A program made the position numbers and the translations under genes. From positions 1 to 64,000 of the forward strand of contig MCFH01000090.1 of assembly GCA_002104945.1 (NCBI GenBank): DNA of 64,000 bases, written 5' to 3'. The first letter of the stretch is position 1. Every line of letters starts with the position of its first letter. The notes under the pieces are model-generated. The model saw only the letters and a list, made by a program, of their open reading frames with translations, was not told where the DNA came from and did not search any database. This stretch comes from Piromyces finnis finn. Taxonomy: Eukaryota; Fungi; Neocallimastigomycota. Below, piece by piece: positions 19,227-30,811 of the stretch.

Positions 19227-19276
19227 AATATATGAAATCTTAAAGATATACAAATATCTTTAAGATTTCATATATT
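19227..19276. repeat. Perfect 23-bp inverted repeat with a 4-nt loop
   Basis: AATATATGAAATCTTAAAGATAT-ACAA-ATATCTTTAAGATTTCATATATT. Confidence 0.85.
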
Positions 19277-20172
19277 TATTTTTAAGCCATACTAATTATA
19301 TATAAATGTAACATTCCGTCTTTGTAAAGTTTTAATAATTAACAAACTGTAAATATTCTTTTAAATTTTATTATAAACATTATTAAATAGCAAAATGTAA
19401 ATTATAGTAATTGTTAATTAAATCAGCTATGAAAATTTAAAATAAAAAAAAAATTTTCTTTCTTATATACAATTTGTGGCTTGTTTCTAGACCACAAATA
19501 TTTAATACATTTACATTAATTCAATACAAATACATAAATTGATAGGCTTGTAAAACAATGTAGTAAATTAATAATATAAATTTAATTTAAATCTTTTGTT
19601 AATAATTTTTAATTAGTTTGATTTAATTTATTAAAATAAATTAAAATAAATAAATGATATAACACTATTCTAATTTTTAGGGGGGAACTTTATTTATTAA
19701 TGTTTTTTTATATTAATTTTATTAAATATAAATTTGGCTATAAATTAACATATAAATTAACAAGAAGCAAAGAATTAATTACATGAAATAATAATACATT
19801 TATATATCTTTTAATAATTATAAACTATGTTTTGTTTGTTTAATAAATATATAATAACTAGTATATAAAGTATAAAAATATTTATTAAAGTATAATAAAA
19901 ATATAATAAAATATAAAATATAAAATATTATAAATAAAAATAATAAAAGAAATTATTTACATAACATAAAATTATAACATAATTTTATGTTTTATTATTT
20001 AAATTAATAAAATAAATTTATGTTATCACTTAAATTTATTTTATCTTGTGAAGTCATTTACTCCTCAATTGCTTTTAGTCACGTTATTTCATTACCCATT
20101 TTAATTTATTTTATATAATTATTAATAAAATATTTTTAAAAAAAAAAAGTTGTTTAGTTCCTAGAAAGTAAT

Positions 20173-20333
20173 ATTTTGGTTAGAAGTTCCGCTATTACCG
20201 TCAAGAATGGTGTTCTTTCGTAAGTGCCCGATTGATTCTGACACTTGCAAAGTTCTTTCCATTCCCTTGAATTGGAATTGATATTCTTAAAACTTCATAG
20301 GATTGTGACTCTTCATATACTCACAATTTGTTT

Positions 20334-20335
<2 letters not shown>
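20173..20335 (-). mobile_element. Older, diverged, internally deleted remnant of the same LINE family (left part of the target site)
   Basis: 20173-20296 aligns to 20752-20875 of the young element with scattered substitutions. 20298-20335 aligns to ~23320-23357. Confidence 0.85.
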
Positions 20336-20375
<40 letters not shown>

Positions 20376-20612
20376 GGCATCAAATATTTTAAACTTTATT
20401 ATTAATTTAATTAAAATTATAATACATGTAATAAAAAAATTAAAATTAAAATAAAAATAAAAAAAAATATGTTTAAATAAACACAAATGAATAAAAATTG
20501 GGTATAATGTATTCTAGTAATTTTAATTAAAGTAAGAAAGCCACTATCATACTAAAGTATAATAATTGTATTTGACTTCCAATGGGACACCGAGCCAAAG
20601 ATCAAAATTTTG

Positions 20613-21403
20613 TCATGGAACAAAATTATGATCTCCATTGGTTGCGCTGGCCCTCCTGGCCTGTCTTACTGTTTCTTCAGCATTGACGCTCTTGGATGTT
20701 GCTTCAAACCTTTTGAACATTGACCATTGCTGGCCAATAGCAAAAGGCATGATTTTGGTTAGAAGTTCCGCGGTTACCGTCAAGAATGGTGTTCCTTCGT
20801 TAGTACCAGATTGAATCTGACGCTTACAAAGTTCTTTCCATTCCCTTGAATTGTAATTAATATTGTTAAAACTTCTTCCCCCAAGAAGGAATTTAAATAT
20901 TTTACTGCACACACTAGAATAATCATACACATTAATATTCACCGGATTATTAGAACTATTACTATCATTAACTAAATTACTATCTAAATTAGAATTATTA
21001 TCTTCACTATTGCTATCATTACTAATATTATTATTTCTATTATTGTTATTATTACTATTGTTATTATTACTATTTCTATTACTACTATTGTTATTATTAC
21101 TATTGTTACTATTACTATTGTTACTATTACTATTGTTACTATTACTATTAATGTTATTACTATCTCTACTGATATTATCAATTTCATTATTATTGATAGG
21201 ACTATTGGAATTACGTTGACTGAAAAAATTTAATAGCTGGACTATGGAATCATAATGTTTAATACGGATATCTCTAAATGTTGGACAATCTAATAACCAA
21301 TGTTTAATACTTTGATCTCCACACTTGCAACATGGACAGTAGTTATAGGACAAACTGGATCAACAAATTTAGCAGCTTTGGCAACTCTAGCATCCAACTT
21401 GTA
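20613..21403 (-). pseudogene. Disconnected C-terminal part of the LINE ORF, with a CCHC-type zinc knuckle and an Asn-rich tract
   Basis: After TGA the frame continues YKLDARVAKAAKFVDP. A frameshift (50-nt offset) then leads to CPCC..GDQSIKHWLLDC. Confidence 0.8.
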
Positions 21404-24400
21404 TCAGCTTCTTGCTTTCAAGAGCCAGTAGAAGCCATAGGCAAACTCTGGGTACTCATAACATAATTTAATAAAATCTTTAGTTTCAATAAATTTATTA
21501 TCATCATAATATTGCGCTTTGATTGAATTTCCTTTGAGATCTTTCCAATAAAAGTTTTTAACTGCTTTAACATCTCCATGTTTCTTTAGTTTTTTATCAA
21601 GTGTCCTACTTGATTTGCACCACGTGTATTTTCTAAATTTAGGAATGTAATTGACAAGGTATGAGATAATACAATTCGAGTTTTTCCATTTGTTAAAACA
21701 TCTAACCTGAGCTAACGCACATTTGGCTGACAATGGAGGAATATTCAAATCTTTTGAGATAGAGTATAAAGATATAAACGATACAGCTTTATGAACTCCG
21801 GCAACCCATCGTATTCCTTTGTTAACATGCTTCTGAGCAATCCTAGACCTAGCTTTGTTGGATCCAAGTAATGGTGCAAAGTATGAAACTCTGCTAATCA
21901 CTTGTGAGTTAAGTACTAGTTTTTTGAAAGGAATAGGAATATTAGGATTTCTTAAGAATTTACTGACTGAGAAAAGTCCTTTCAAAACCTTGTTATTAAG
22001 AGCTTTAATAACTGGTTTAAGGGACAGATTCTTATCAAATGGAACACCAAGATAAGTATAACAATCAGTAGTTGGAATGGGTTGTCCTGCTAAGTAAAAT
22101 GTTGGATCTCTCTTGTTCTGATTTTCTATTGATTCAGGACGAATCACCATCGTTGAACATTTCTGGATACCAAATTCCATTTCATTATACAAGGCCCAAT
22201 CATTAACTCTTCTAAGCATCTTTTTTAAGTATCCTCTTGTTGGAGCACAAATAACTATATCATCTGCAAAAAGTCCACCACAGCATCGAGTGTCACCTAA
22301 ACTGACTCCAAGATCTTCGCACTCTTTAAATATATCATTAATAAAGAGATTAAAGAGAATAGGAGAAAGAGGGCAACCTTGACGGACTCCTTTCTTCACA
22401 TCAAAAGATTTCGAGAATTGTCCATCTAATTTGACATTAGCCTTAGATGTTAAATATAAATTTTTTATGAATTGTAAACTCTTACCTCGGATTCCTAAAC
22501 AATCTAATTTATGGAGAATATTACCGATTGGGACTGAATCGTATGCTTTCCTGAGATCTAAAAAGGCCAAATATGTCTCTTTATTATCTAATTGACGTCT
22601 ACGGCATATTTCTTGGATTGAAATGAAAAGACTGATACTTTCTTCCTTTTTTCGAAAACCAAATTGTTCAGGTCTAATGAAATTATTCTTTAAACCATAT
22701 TCTGAGATTCTAGTGGTGACAATTTTGGAAATCAACTTAATACCATTATTGATAAGTGATATACCTCGATAGTTATCACAATCTGTCAAATCTCCCTTCT
22801 TAGGAATAGAAACAATACTGGATTCATTCCATGAGTTGGGGAAGTCTCCATCCCAAATACGGTTGAATAATTTAAGAATAAAATTTAAACCATGAGCATC
22901 ATTATCTGAAGTGGTATTACCAGAAGAAATATTATCTGTAACATTATTAGAATCATTACTTGATGGAATTAATGCTTTGTAAAATTCAATTGGAATACCA
23001 TCCGGACCTGATGCTTTATAATTTGGAGTAGAGAGGATAGCTGACTTGACTTCATCAATACTAATATCTTGGTTGATATCCCACTCATCAAGCATAGGAA
23101 GTGAAAAACGTTTATTCATTGGTTCTTCATACCAATGCTCTAAATCAAGACTTATACCACTTGGATCTGATGCAAGGTTTTCGAAATGATCATGCCACAC
23201 TTCTAGTTGTTCTTCTGTAGCAACAACTAATTCTCCATTTTTATTTTTAATTGGTTGAGCAATAAAGAAAGAATCTTTTCCAATTTTTGCAGTTTTCTTG
23301 ATCCATTTCCAGGCCTTCTTAGGATTATGACTCTTCATATACTCACATCCTGTTTTAATCCAATGAAGATATTCTTGTTTCCTAAATTCATTACATCTTT
23401 TGTGGATGTAATCAATGAGCTTACGGTAGATTTTAATTCTTTTAATAAATTCATCTATATCATAAATTCTTTCTTTTTTAAATCTCTTATACAACTTCAT
23501 TTTGATTTTTTGAAGATTAAAAATTTGTTGTGAAATATGAAATGAAGACTTTATAACATTATTTGCTGAGGTAATACTGAGCTCGTCTGCAATTGAAAAA
23601 GCAGTTGAAGTAAACTCTTTGGAAAGTTCATCTGTAGAAACATTAGGATCGTTGAATTTTGCTGAAAGTATTTGGAATTTATTATGACTGAGAATAGATT
23701 CCTTTTCCTCAATACATTTTAATCTATTCCATTTCAGAATTTTCTTAGGAACATTAAAGTCATTAGAAAAATCTTCCATAGGAATAATTTTACCATTAAT
23801 AAGAAGTGGCTTATGGTCTGATACAGGATAAAAATTATTTATAAATGATCCTGAGTGAATAAGATCTTTCATCTTCGAATTGATAAGAGCATGGTCAATG
23901 TCGGAAGATTGATCACCTCGAGTCCAAGAGATAGTCGACCCTCTAAGCGGAAGAATTTCCCAATCTCCTAATCCATTAGTTGATAACCAGTTGGATAATT
24001 TTACTTTAGACATATTAAAATCACCAACAAGAATCGATGGATGGGATGAATGAGTTTGTAACCACAAGCGAACTTCTAACTTTGCATGATCAACATAGAT
24101 GTTGTGATGACTATGAGGCATATAAACATTTCCAATCGAGCATTTGAATCTATTCCAAAGACTAAAAGTATAAATAGAAATAATATACTTTCCAGAGAAG
24201 TTTTCAAGTGAGGCTTGACACGAATTGTGAAAACCTAAATATAAACCTCTCATTCCCGGAACTGATTCTTCAGCTTTCTTGAAAAAGTGTCTATAGTTTC
24301 GCAAAGTAACACGACAAAGATAATCTGTATTCGAACCAGAACCATTACCAGTTTCTTGGAAACATAAGAATAATGGTTTGAAAATAGCTGTGAAATAGCT

Positions 24401-25168
24401 AATACTATCTCTCTTTTCGTGATTCCACCCATTGGTGTTCCAACTAAGACAAAAAGAAAAGTTATCAGGCTTGTTGGATGAGGAAGAATCGTTGCTATTA
24501 TTATTATTATTAAAGTCATCGTTATTAATGGATGATGCATCAGAGGAATAAGTAGAACTATTACTAGATGGCTGTGAAACTGAAGAACTATCAACTATTG
24601 AACTGTTATCAGAGTTGATAGAACTATTAGAATTAATTGTTGAATGTTGAGATTGAAATTGTGTTTGCTGTAGATCTGGAATATTTTCATGATGGGAAAC
24701 TTGTTGAAGATCTTGTTGAAGATCTTGTTGAAGATCGGATTGTTGATGAGATTGTTGAACTGATTGTTGAAATGATTGTTGAATAGAATGTTGATGTTTA
24801 TTAGAAACTAAAATTTTACGTTTGAGAGTGGAAAAAGTGTATTTGTGATTCCTTCTACTACGAGCTGAAAAGGAAATTGAGGTAACTGAAAGTTTCTTCT
24901 TTAACATGTGTAAGATTTTAATACAATCTTTTGATGAACCATGAACCTTGACTAAGAAAAAGTGATCATTGAAAGTTTGAAAATATTTAACACTAATAAC
25001 TGAATTAAATTTATCTTCTAGAATAACCTCGAGTTTTTCCCATAGCATATTTACTGACCATGATCGAATACCACGGATAAAGAAGGAGCGAATATCATCT
25101 AAGGGGATACCATAAGACCGGGTACCACGTCTGATATAATTCTTATCTTTAATATAAAGGACTGACAT
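21404..25168 (-). CDS. LINE polyprotein: N-terminal RRM-like region, Q/S/N-rich linker, apurinic-type endonuclease and reverse transcriptase; ends at a probably premature TGA
   Basis: APE motifs SWNTNG, QET, GDFN, DIDH, SDH. RT motifs YRGISL, QFGFR, FLDLRKAYDSV, GVRQGCPLSPILF, LFADD. Confidence 0.93.
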   Translation of the reverse strand: MSVLYIKDKNYIRRGTRSYGIPLDDIRSFFIRGIRSWSVNMLWEKLEVILEDKFNSVISVKYFQTFNDHFFLVKVHGSSKDCIKILHMLKKKLSVTSISFSARSRRNHKYTFSTLKRKILVSNKHQHSIQQSFQQSVQQSHQQSDLQQDLQQDLQQVSHHENIPDLQQTQFQSQHSTINSNSSINSDNSSIVDSSSVSQPSSNSSTYSSDASSINNDDFNNNNNSNDSSSSNKPDNFSFCLSWNTNGWNHEKRDSISYFTAIFKPLFLCFQETGNGSGSNTDYLCRVTLRNYRHFFKKAEESVPGMRGLYLGFHNSCQASLENFSGKYIISIYTFSLWNRFKCSIGNVYMPHSHHNIYVDHAKLEVRLWLQTHSSHPSILVGDFNMSKVKLSNWLSTNGLGDWEILPLRGSTISWTRGDQSSDIDHALINSKMKDLIHSGSFINNFYPVSDHKPLLINGKIIPMEDFSNDFNVPKKILKWNRLKCIEEKESILSHNKFQILSAKFNDPNVSTDELSKEFTSTAFSIADELSITSANNVIKSSFHISQQIFNLQKIKMKLYKRFKKERIYDIDEFIKRIKIYRKLIDYIHKRCNEFRKQEYLHWIKTGCEYMKSHNPKKAWKWIKKTAKIGKDSFFIAQPIKNKNGELVVATEEQLEVWHDHFENLASDPSGISLDLEHWYEEPMNKRFSLPMLDEWDINQDISIDEVKSAILSTPNYKASGPDGIPIEFYKALIPSSNDSNNVTDNISSGNTTSDNDAHGLNFILKLFNRIWDGDFPNSWNESSIVSIPKKGDLTDCDNYRGISLINNGIKLISKIVTTRISEYGLKNNFIRPEQFGFRKKEESISLFISIQEICRRRQLDNKETYLAFLDLRKAYDSVPIGNILHKLDCLGIRGKSLQFIKNLYLTSKANVKLDGQFSKSFDVKKGVRQGCPLSPILFNLFINDIFKECEDLGVSLGDTRCCGGLFADDIVICAPTRGYLKKMLRRVNDWALYNEMEFGIQKCSTMVIRPESIENQNKRDPTFYLAGQPIPTTDCYTYLGVPFDKNLSLKPVIKALNNKVLKGLFSVSKFLRNPNIPIPFKKLVLNSQVISRVSYFAPLLGSNKARSRIAQKHVNKGIRWVAGVHKAVSFISLYSISKDLNIPPLSAKCALAQVRCFNKWKNSNCIISYLVNYIPKFRKYTWCKSSRTLDKKLKKHGDVKAVKNFYWKDLKGNSIKAQYYDDNKFIETKDFIKLCYEYPEFAYGFYWLLKARS

Positions 25169-25939
25169 GATAATAAATTCTAATTAAAAAATATTGAATA
25201 TAAAATAAATACTAATAAAAATTACAAATATAACGTATATGGAAAAAAATCTGTCTCTCTCTCTCTTCTTAAAAGTACTGGATAGTACAAAAATTGTTAC
25301 GATGCTTTGTTTAAAGTTTCTTTTTTTTTTTGAATTCTAGTTGTAAATTTTCTTTAAAAATTCTAGTTTTGGTTTGTTGTTAGTAAATTCGATTCGCTTT
25401 TTGACACTAAAATTGTTTGACTTTACTTTTCATTAAATATTTAAATTGGTAAAAAATTTGAATCAAGAATGTCGACACCAGAAAGCTTGTGAATAGTATT
25501 TTTACATGATGTAGAGTGAATCAGTCTCTTACAAGAAACAATACAACAATAGCTACATGAATATAAAAATACAATGCAAATGCTAAAGTTGACTACATTG
25601 GATTCTTACAAGAGAAGAGTAGTACTACATGAACACATGAATAAAAGAAAAAATACAGCAACAAAATGTATTACTCTTCTAATTAAATACTATACAAACT
25701 TACCTGAGTATCAAACATTCAACTTATTCATCAAATACTTAAATTCGATGAATAAAATGTTTTTTAATCGCTCAGTACCATGAGTTTAGTCCTAATAATT
25801 TTCCCTTAAAGACTAACCAAGCATCCATTGCGCAATGCTTGGATTTAATTCTTTCTACTCTCTCAGTACCATGAGCATGAGTAGACCCCCTTGAGAAACT
25901 ACATTTATTAAATAAATGAAGGCACGTTCCCAAGAGGGA

Positions 25940-25972
25940 ACAATTTGTTTAAATCCAATGAAGATAATCTTA
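25940..25972 (-). mobile_element. Right TSD plus continuation of the older LINE remnant
   Basis: The reconstructed empty site ACTCACAATTTGTTTAAATCCAATGAAGATAATCTT matches 23341-23376 at 31/36 positions without gaps. Confidence 0.8.
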
Positions 25973-26615
25973 GTTGAAATAGAAATTTCATTTCTATATA
26001 TAATAATATAATTACTAAAAAATACTACAACCTTATTATTGAAATTATTTAATAAATATATATGTTTTTTTTAAAAATCTGTCATACGTTTTATTATTCT
26101 TTAATCAATATCATTGATTACTCTCTATTATTTCATAAAAAATTCATCAATTATGATACATTTTATTAAATAATTTAAGTTTTATTTATAATTATTAATA
26201 GATATCATTTTAATAATAACTATTAGAATGAAAAAATAGAAAATTTAAAAACACTAATAATGAAAAAATTTAAAAATACTATTTATATTATTTTAATATT
26301 ATTTCTCAAAATTTTCATTTTATTTATGAATTCTTAATAATTAAACTATTGTAAATGTATATACAAAATATATAAATGTTATATATAATAGATATTAGAT
26401 TTAATTAAAAATTATTAATAATTACTTATTTTAAAATATATAATTTAAATAAATAATCACTGCTCTCTTTTTTATGGTATTGTTAGTAAACGATAACTTT
26501 AATATAATTAATTTGATTATAATTAATTATTGGTATATTATAGATTTAACATATAATATACATGTATTATTACAAAATTTTCCCCTTTTTTTAAAAAATA
26601 CATTTTCCTATATAT

Positions 26616-28636
26616 CTAATAGAATAAAATAATACTTAAAAGCATAGTGAATAAAACAAACATTGTTGAAATATTATTATTAGTTATTGTACCACTTTCA
26701 CTGTTAGAATTTTGCATATTACTCTCATTTGGATTACTTGTTAATCCATTATTAGATATAGTGCCATTTTCTGTTGAATCATTTTGATCATTAGTTGTTA
26801 ATTGATTATCTGAAACCGAATAAAAGTTGCATATCATATTAAACTGTTTACAAACAGTATCAGAAATTACTTTGGTCCAATCCATAATACCGTAAGAAGA
26901 GGATACACCAACTTCAATTCCTTCAACAAAATCATTATATGTAAAATGATAGGTTCCTTCAGTACCTTTATGTAAACGAGTTAGCGAAGTATCCCATTTC
27001 ATTTCTTCATCTAAACGTTCCTTATAACCTTCTACTTTTCTTCCTAAAGCTACTGGATTGAAAATATTATTAACAATAGACTTTAGGTGCTTTTCAAATA
27101 ACTCCTTAGTTGGACAAGTCTCTAAACCCTCACAGCCAATTAATTTATCAATAATCACACGAGTACCTGGTTCAGCCTCTTCATTTAAATTGATTTTTTT
27201 CCAATATTCAGCACCTTTACCAACAAATTCAGTATATTTCTTTGTAGGGAATGTTTCTGGTTCAAAATTATCACTCATACCAACACTCCATGTTTGATCA
27301 AAATCTTGATCAACAAAGTAATACTTATATTTAGAATAGTTATATTGAGTACCAATAGTTTCTTCAGCAGGATGATAAGTAATAAAATTTGAAGTAAGGA
27401 ACCAGTATGAATCCCAATGACCAGCAAGATATTCAAGAGCCATAGCTTTCAAAAGTGAGTTTAAATCAAGCCAATTTTCATCAAAATCTTTAATTTGATC
27501 TTCATTAGTAATATCCATATCTACAAGTTTTCTTGTCATCTCCTTTAAATCGATTTTAAGATCTGTTTCAATACTAGATTGGAATGCTGCTAAATGGTGT
27601 GGATCATCAGGATTGAAATCGGCCCCAGTAGAACAATCATAGATTGGGGATAATTCATAATTATTAATAGAACCATCTGAATTACCATAAAAAGTTGTTT
27701 TTATGAAACTTTCAGTTGTTGCATCTTCTTGTAAAACATAAAGACCAATGCCAGTACCATCCTTGAGATAAACACGAGCCGCAACAGATTCTTGAGCTGG
27801 ATTACCAATAGCATGGGCAATATCACAATATAATATTTGACGAAATAGTGTTGGATCATAAGAACTTGGTCTAAACTTAAAAACATTTCTGTTATACATA
27901 TTGTCATTATCTCTTAATTCAACTCTAAATTGAAATTTATCTTCTTCACCATTTTTACTTGAAGTTCTAACATTCTTTTTAATATAATAATAATATTATT
28001 ATTATATATTTATTATTTTTTTTAAAAATAAAATTCTTAATAATATAAATATTATTATTAATAAAACTTACATTAAAAACATGTACACTATCCTTCAAAA
28101 TAAAAGTTATCTTATTAAAATTATTACCACCAGCATTAATAAAGTATTCTTTATCAGTATCAACTATAACAATTGGAACATAAGATGGGTCAAAAACCTC
28201 GGTTCTACCAATAGTTCTACTCCATGGTTCACTATCTGGGTAAGTAAATTCTGGCATATCATAAATTGTTAAAGCACGACCAAAAAGTTCATTATGTGTA
28301 GTATTACCAAAAAGTGTACGTTCTACATCTTCAACCCCACCACATATATACTTGTACCTAAATCATTAAAAAAAATAAAAATCACATAAATTAAATAAAA
28401 AAAATAATAAAAATATTATGATAATTATGAATTTTTTATCATTATATTTACTTTGAGTTTATAGGAACATCAACCGAAGCTTTATAAATATTTGAACAAT
28501 CTGAACTTGGTGCCATAGGATAAATTGTTCCATCGATGCTCAACTGACAACTTCCATTGAAAGAAACAATTGAGAATTCTGCTGCCATTATTTTTGATAT
28601 TAAACCTAATATATATAACCTTTCCTTAAAATTCAT
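26616..28636 (-). CDS. cotH: CotH-family protein kinase (~609 aa) with signal peptide and GPI-like hydrophobic C-terminus; exons 28636-28452, 28357-28072, 27974-26616
   Basis: GT-AG splicing restores one frame. Motifs FKFRPSSYDP, GLYVLQED, EYLAGHWDSYW, DQDFD. S/N/T-rich linker, then the terminal MFVLFTMLLSIILFY. Confidence 0.9.
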
Positions 28637-29104
28637 TTTTTATAAATAATAATTCAACTTTATATTTGTTAAAACGTTAATCTTTTTATTATATTTCTGT
28701 AATTTAATATATTGATATTTTAAAACATAGTATAATTAGCTATTAAATGTTTATTTTTTATTAACAATAAAAATTTTAAAAAAAAAAAAAAAAAAAGAAA
28801 AAATAAAAGAAAAAAAATCTACTATTTATATAATGGATAAAATGTATATTAATAAAAAACTATTTTTAACTTAATATTTCTTCATTTCATATATCATGAT
28901 TTTATTTTTTGTTTTTTTTTTAAACAATTTTATAAACATAAACACTAAGATATAAACAATTTTAACTTTTAATTAAAAAAAGTTTATATTTACTTTTTGT
29001 AAAAATAATTGAGAAATGAATTTCTTTCATCGTGTATGTAATACTATAAATTAATTATAAACATGAAAAATATATTAAAAAAATTTTTAAAGTTTAATTA
29101 AAAA

Positions 29105-29275
<171 letters not shown>

Positions 29276-30811
29276 GATATATATAGATGTTTAGTTGTTT
29301 TATTACATGTATTAATATTATTTTTTTTATTTTATTATAATTAATTATTGATATTTTTATTTTATTTTATTTTTTTTTTTTTTGTATTTTAATAAATAAC
29401 TCAAAAACTATTATTATTGTTATATTTTATATAATAACAATTAAAGAAAATGTGTGAAAAAAATTAAAGTAAAATAAAAAAGATAAATAAACGATATAAA
29501 AGATATAAAATTGATAATGAATGAAAATAGATATTTACTATTAATCTCACATGAATCTTTTTATTATATTAACTTTTCTTTAATCTCGAGTTTTAATATT
29601 TTAACTTTTTGAATAATAATAATTTTATTAATAAACATTTTTTTGTAAACTTTATTACATATTGCTGCGCAATACATTTATTTCTTTAATAATCTAAAAA
29701 ATATTAAAGTTTGCTATTATTATTATTATTATTTTTATTCTTATTTTATATAAAGTTAAAGTTGTAAAAAATTAATATATAATATATTCATTTTATTTAT
29801 TTAATAATAAAATTATAAAAATAACATTTTATAAACTTAAATACCTTTCCTTTTTTTTTTAATTTATCTTAATATTCTGAAATATGCATTGCGTAGCAAT
29901 AAAACTTTATATATAAGTAAATAATAATATTATATATTTTATTAATTTAATAAAAAGTTAATATACTCTTTTTTAATTAAATTATATATGTTCATTCCGA
30001 ATATGAACATGTTTTCAATAATATTCTTTACTCATAATTATAAATTATTTTTTATTTAATATCACATATTAAAAATACTAATTTAAATAATATAATAAAA
30101 AAATAAAGATAGAAATAAGCAATTATACATTTATAGTTATTTCCTATTTTAAATAACTTAATTAGAGATATATATATCTATAATTCAGTTATTTCTTTCC
30201 ATAAAATAGTATATAAAACAGTTAATATTATTAATATAATTATTTTTTAACATATTAAACTTGTTTAGTTGTAGCTTAGTAAACCATAGTATTTTTTTTA
30301 TTATAATATATAATATATATAATAATTTATTAATGAAAAACTATAAAAAGTTAGATTTATTTTTAGGGTTAAAAATATAAGTTATAAAAAATTTTAAACC
30401 AAAAAAATAAATTTTACTTATATTTAATTAATAATTTCTATTAAGGAAATGAATCTGGTTATACTTTTAGGTTTTAAATATTTTTATTAAAGAAAATATT
30501 TATTTTTATAAAAATACGATTTGCTATATATAAAAGATAATCTTTTACATTTTTTTATTTTCATATTTAAATTACTTTTTTATTATTATTCATTAAGTAT
30601 TAAATATGAAATTAATTGTAAAAGAAATGAAATTATATAAATTTTATCTATTATGTTGTCTATTTATTTTATATATTTTAAATAATATTAATTTATATAA
30701 TTATTTCTTTTATCATATTATGTCTATATTTTTATTAATTTTATATTTTATTTTTATATTATATTTTTTTTAATATTTTATAATAATATTAAATATTATT
30801 GAATATTAAGA

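Larger units (their letters stand above)
20336..25939 (-). mobile_element. Full-length non-LTR retrotransposon (APE + RT + CCHC), ~5.6 kb, with a 37-nt poly(A) tail and a 13-bp TSD
   Basis: T-run at 20336-20372 is the poly(A) tail on the minus strand. ACAATTTGTTTAA is duplicated at 20323-20335 and 25940-25952. The ORF carries endonuclease and RT motifs. Confidence 0.93.

Noticed and set aside
25770-25880. Hammerhead ribozyme in the LINE leader (CTGAG.. motifs)
   Set aside because: CTGAGAGA and CTGAGCGA do not fit the CUGANGA core, and no properly placed GAAA/stem arrangement was found. Kept only as an unspecified structured leader.
29661-29900. Imperfect 20-bp inverted repeat (ATTGCTGCGCAAT.. 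/ ..ATTGCGTAGCAAT) about 240 bp apart
   Set aside because: Too short and degenerate, with no TSD; cannot support a MITE call.
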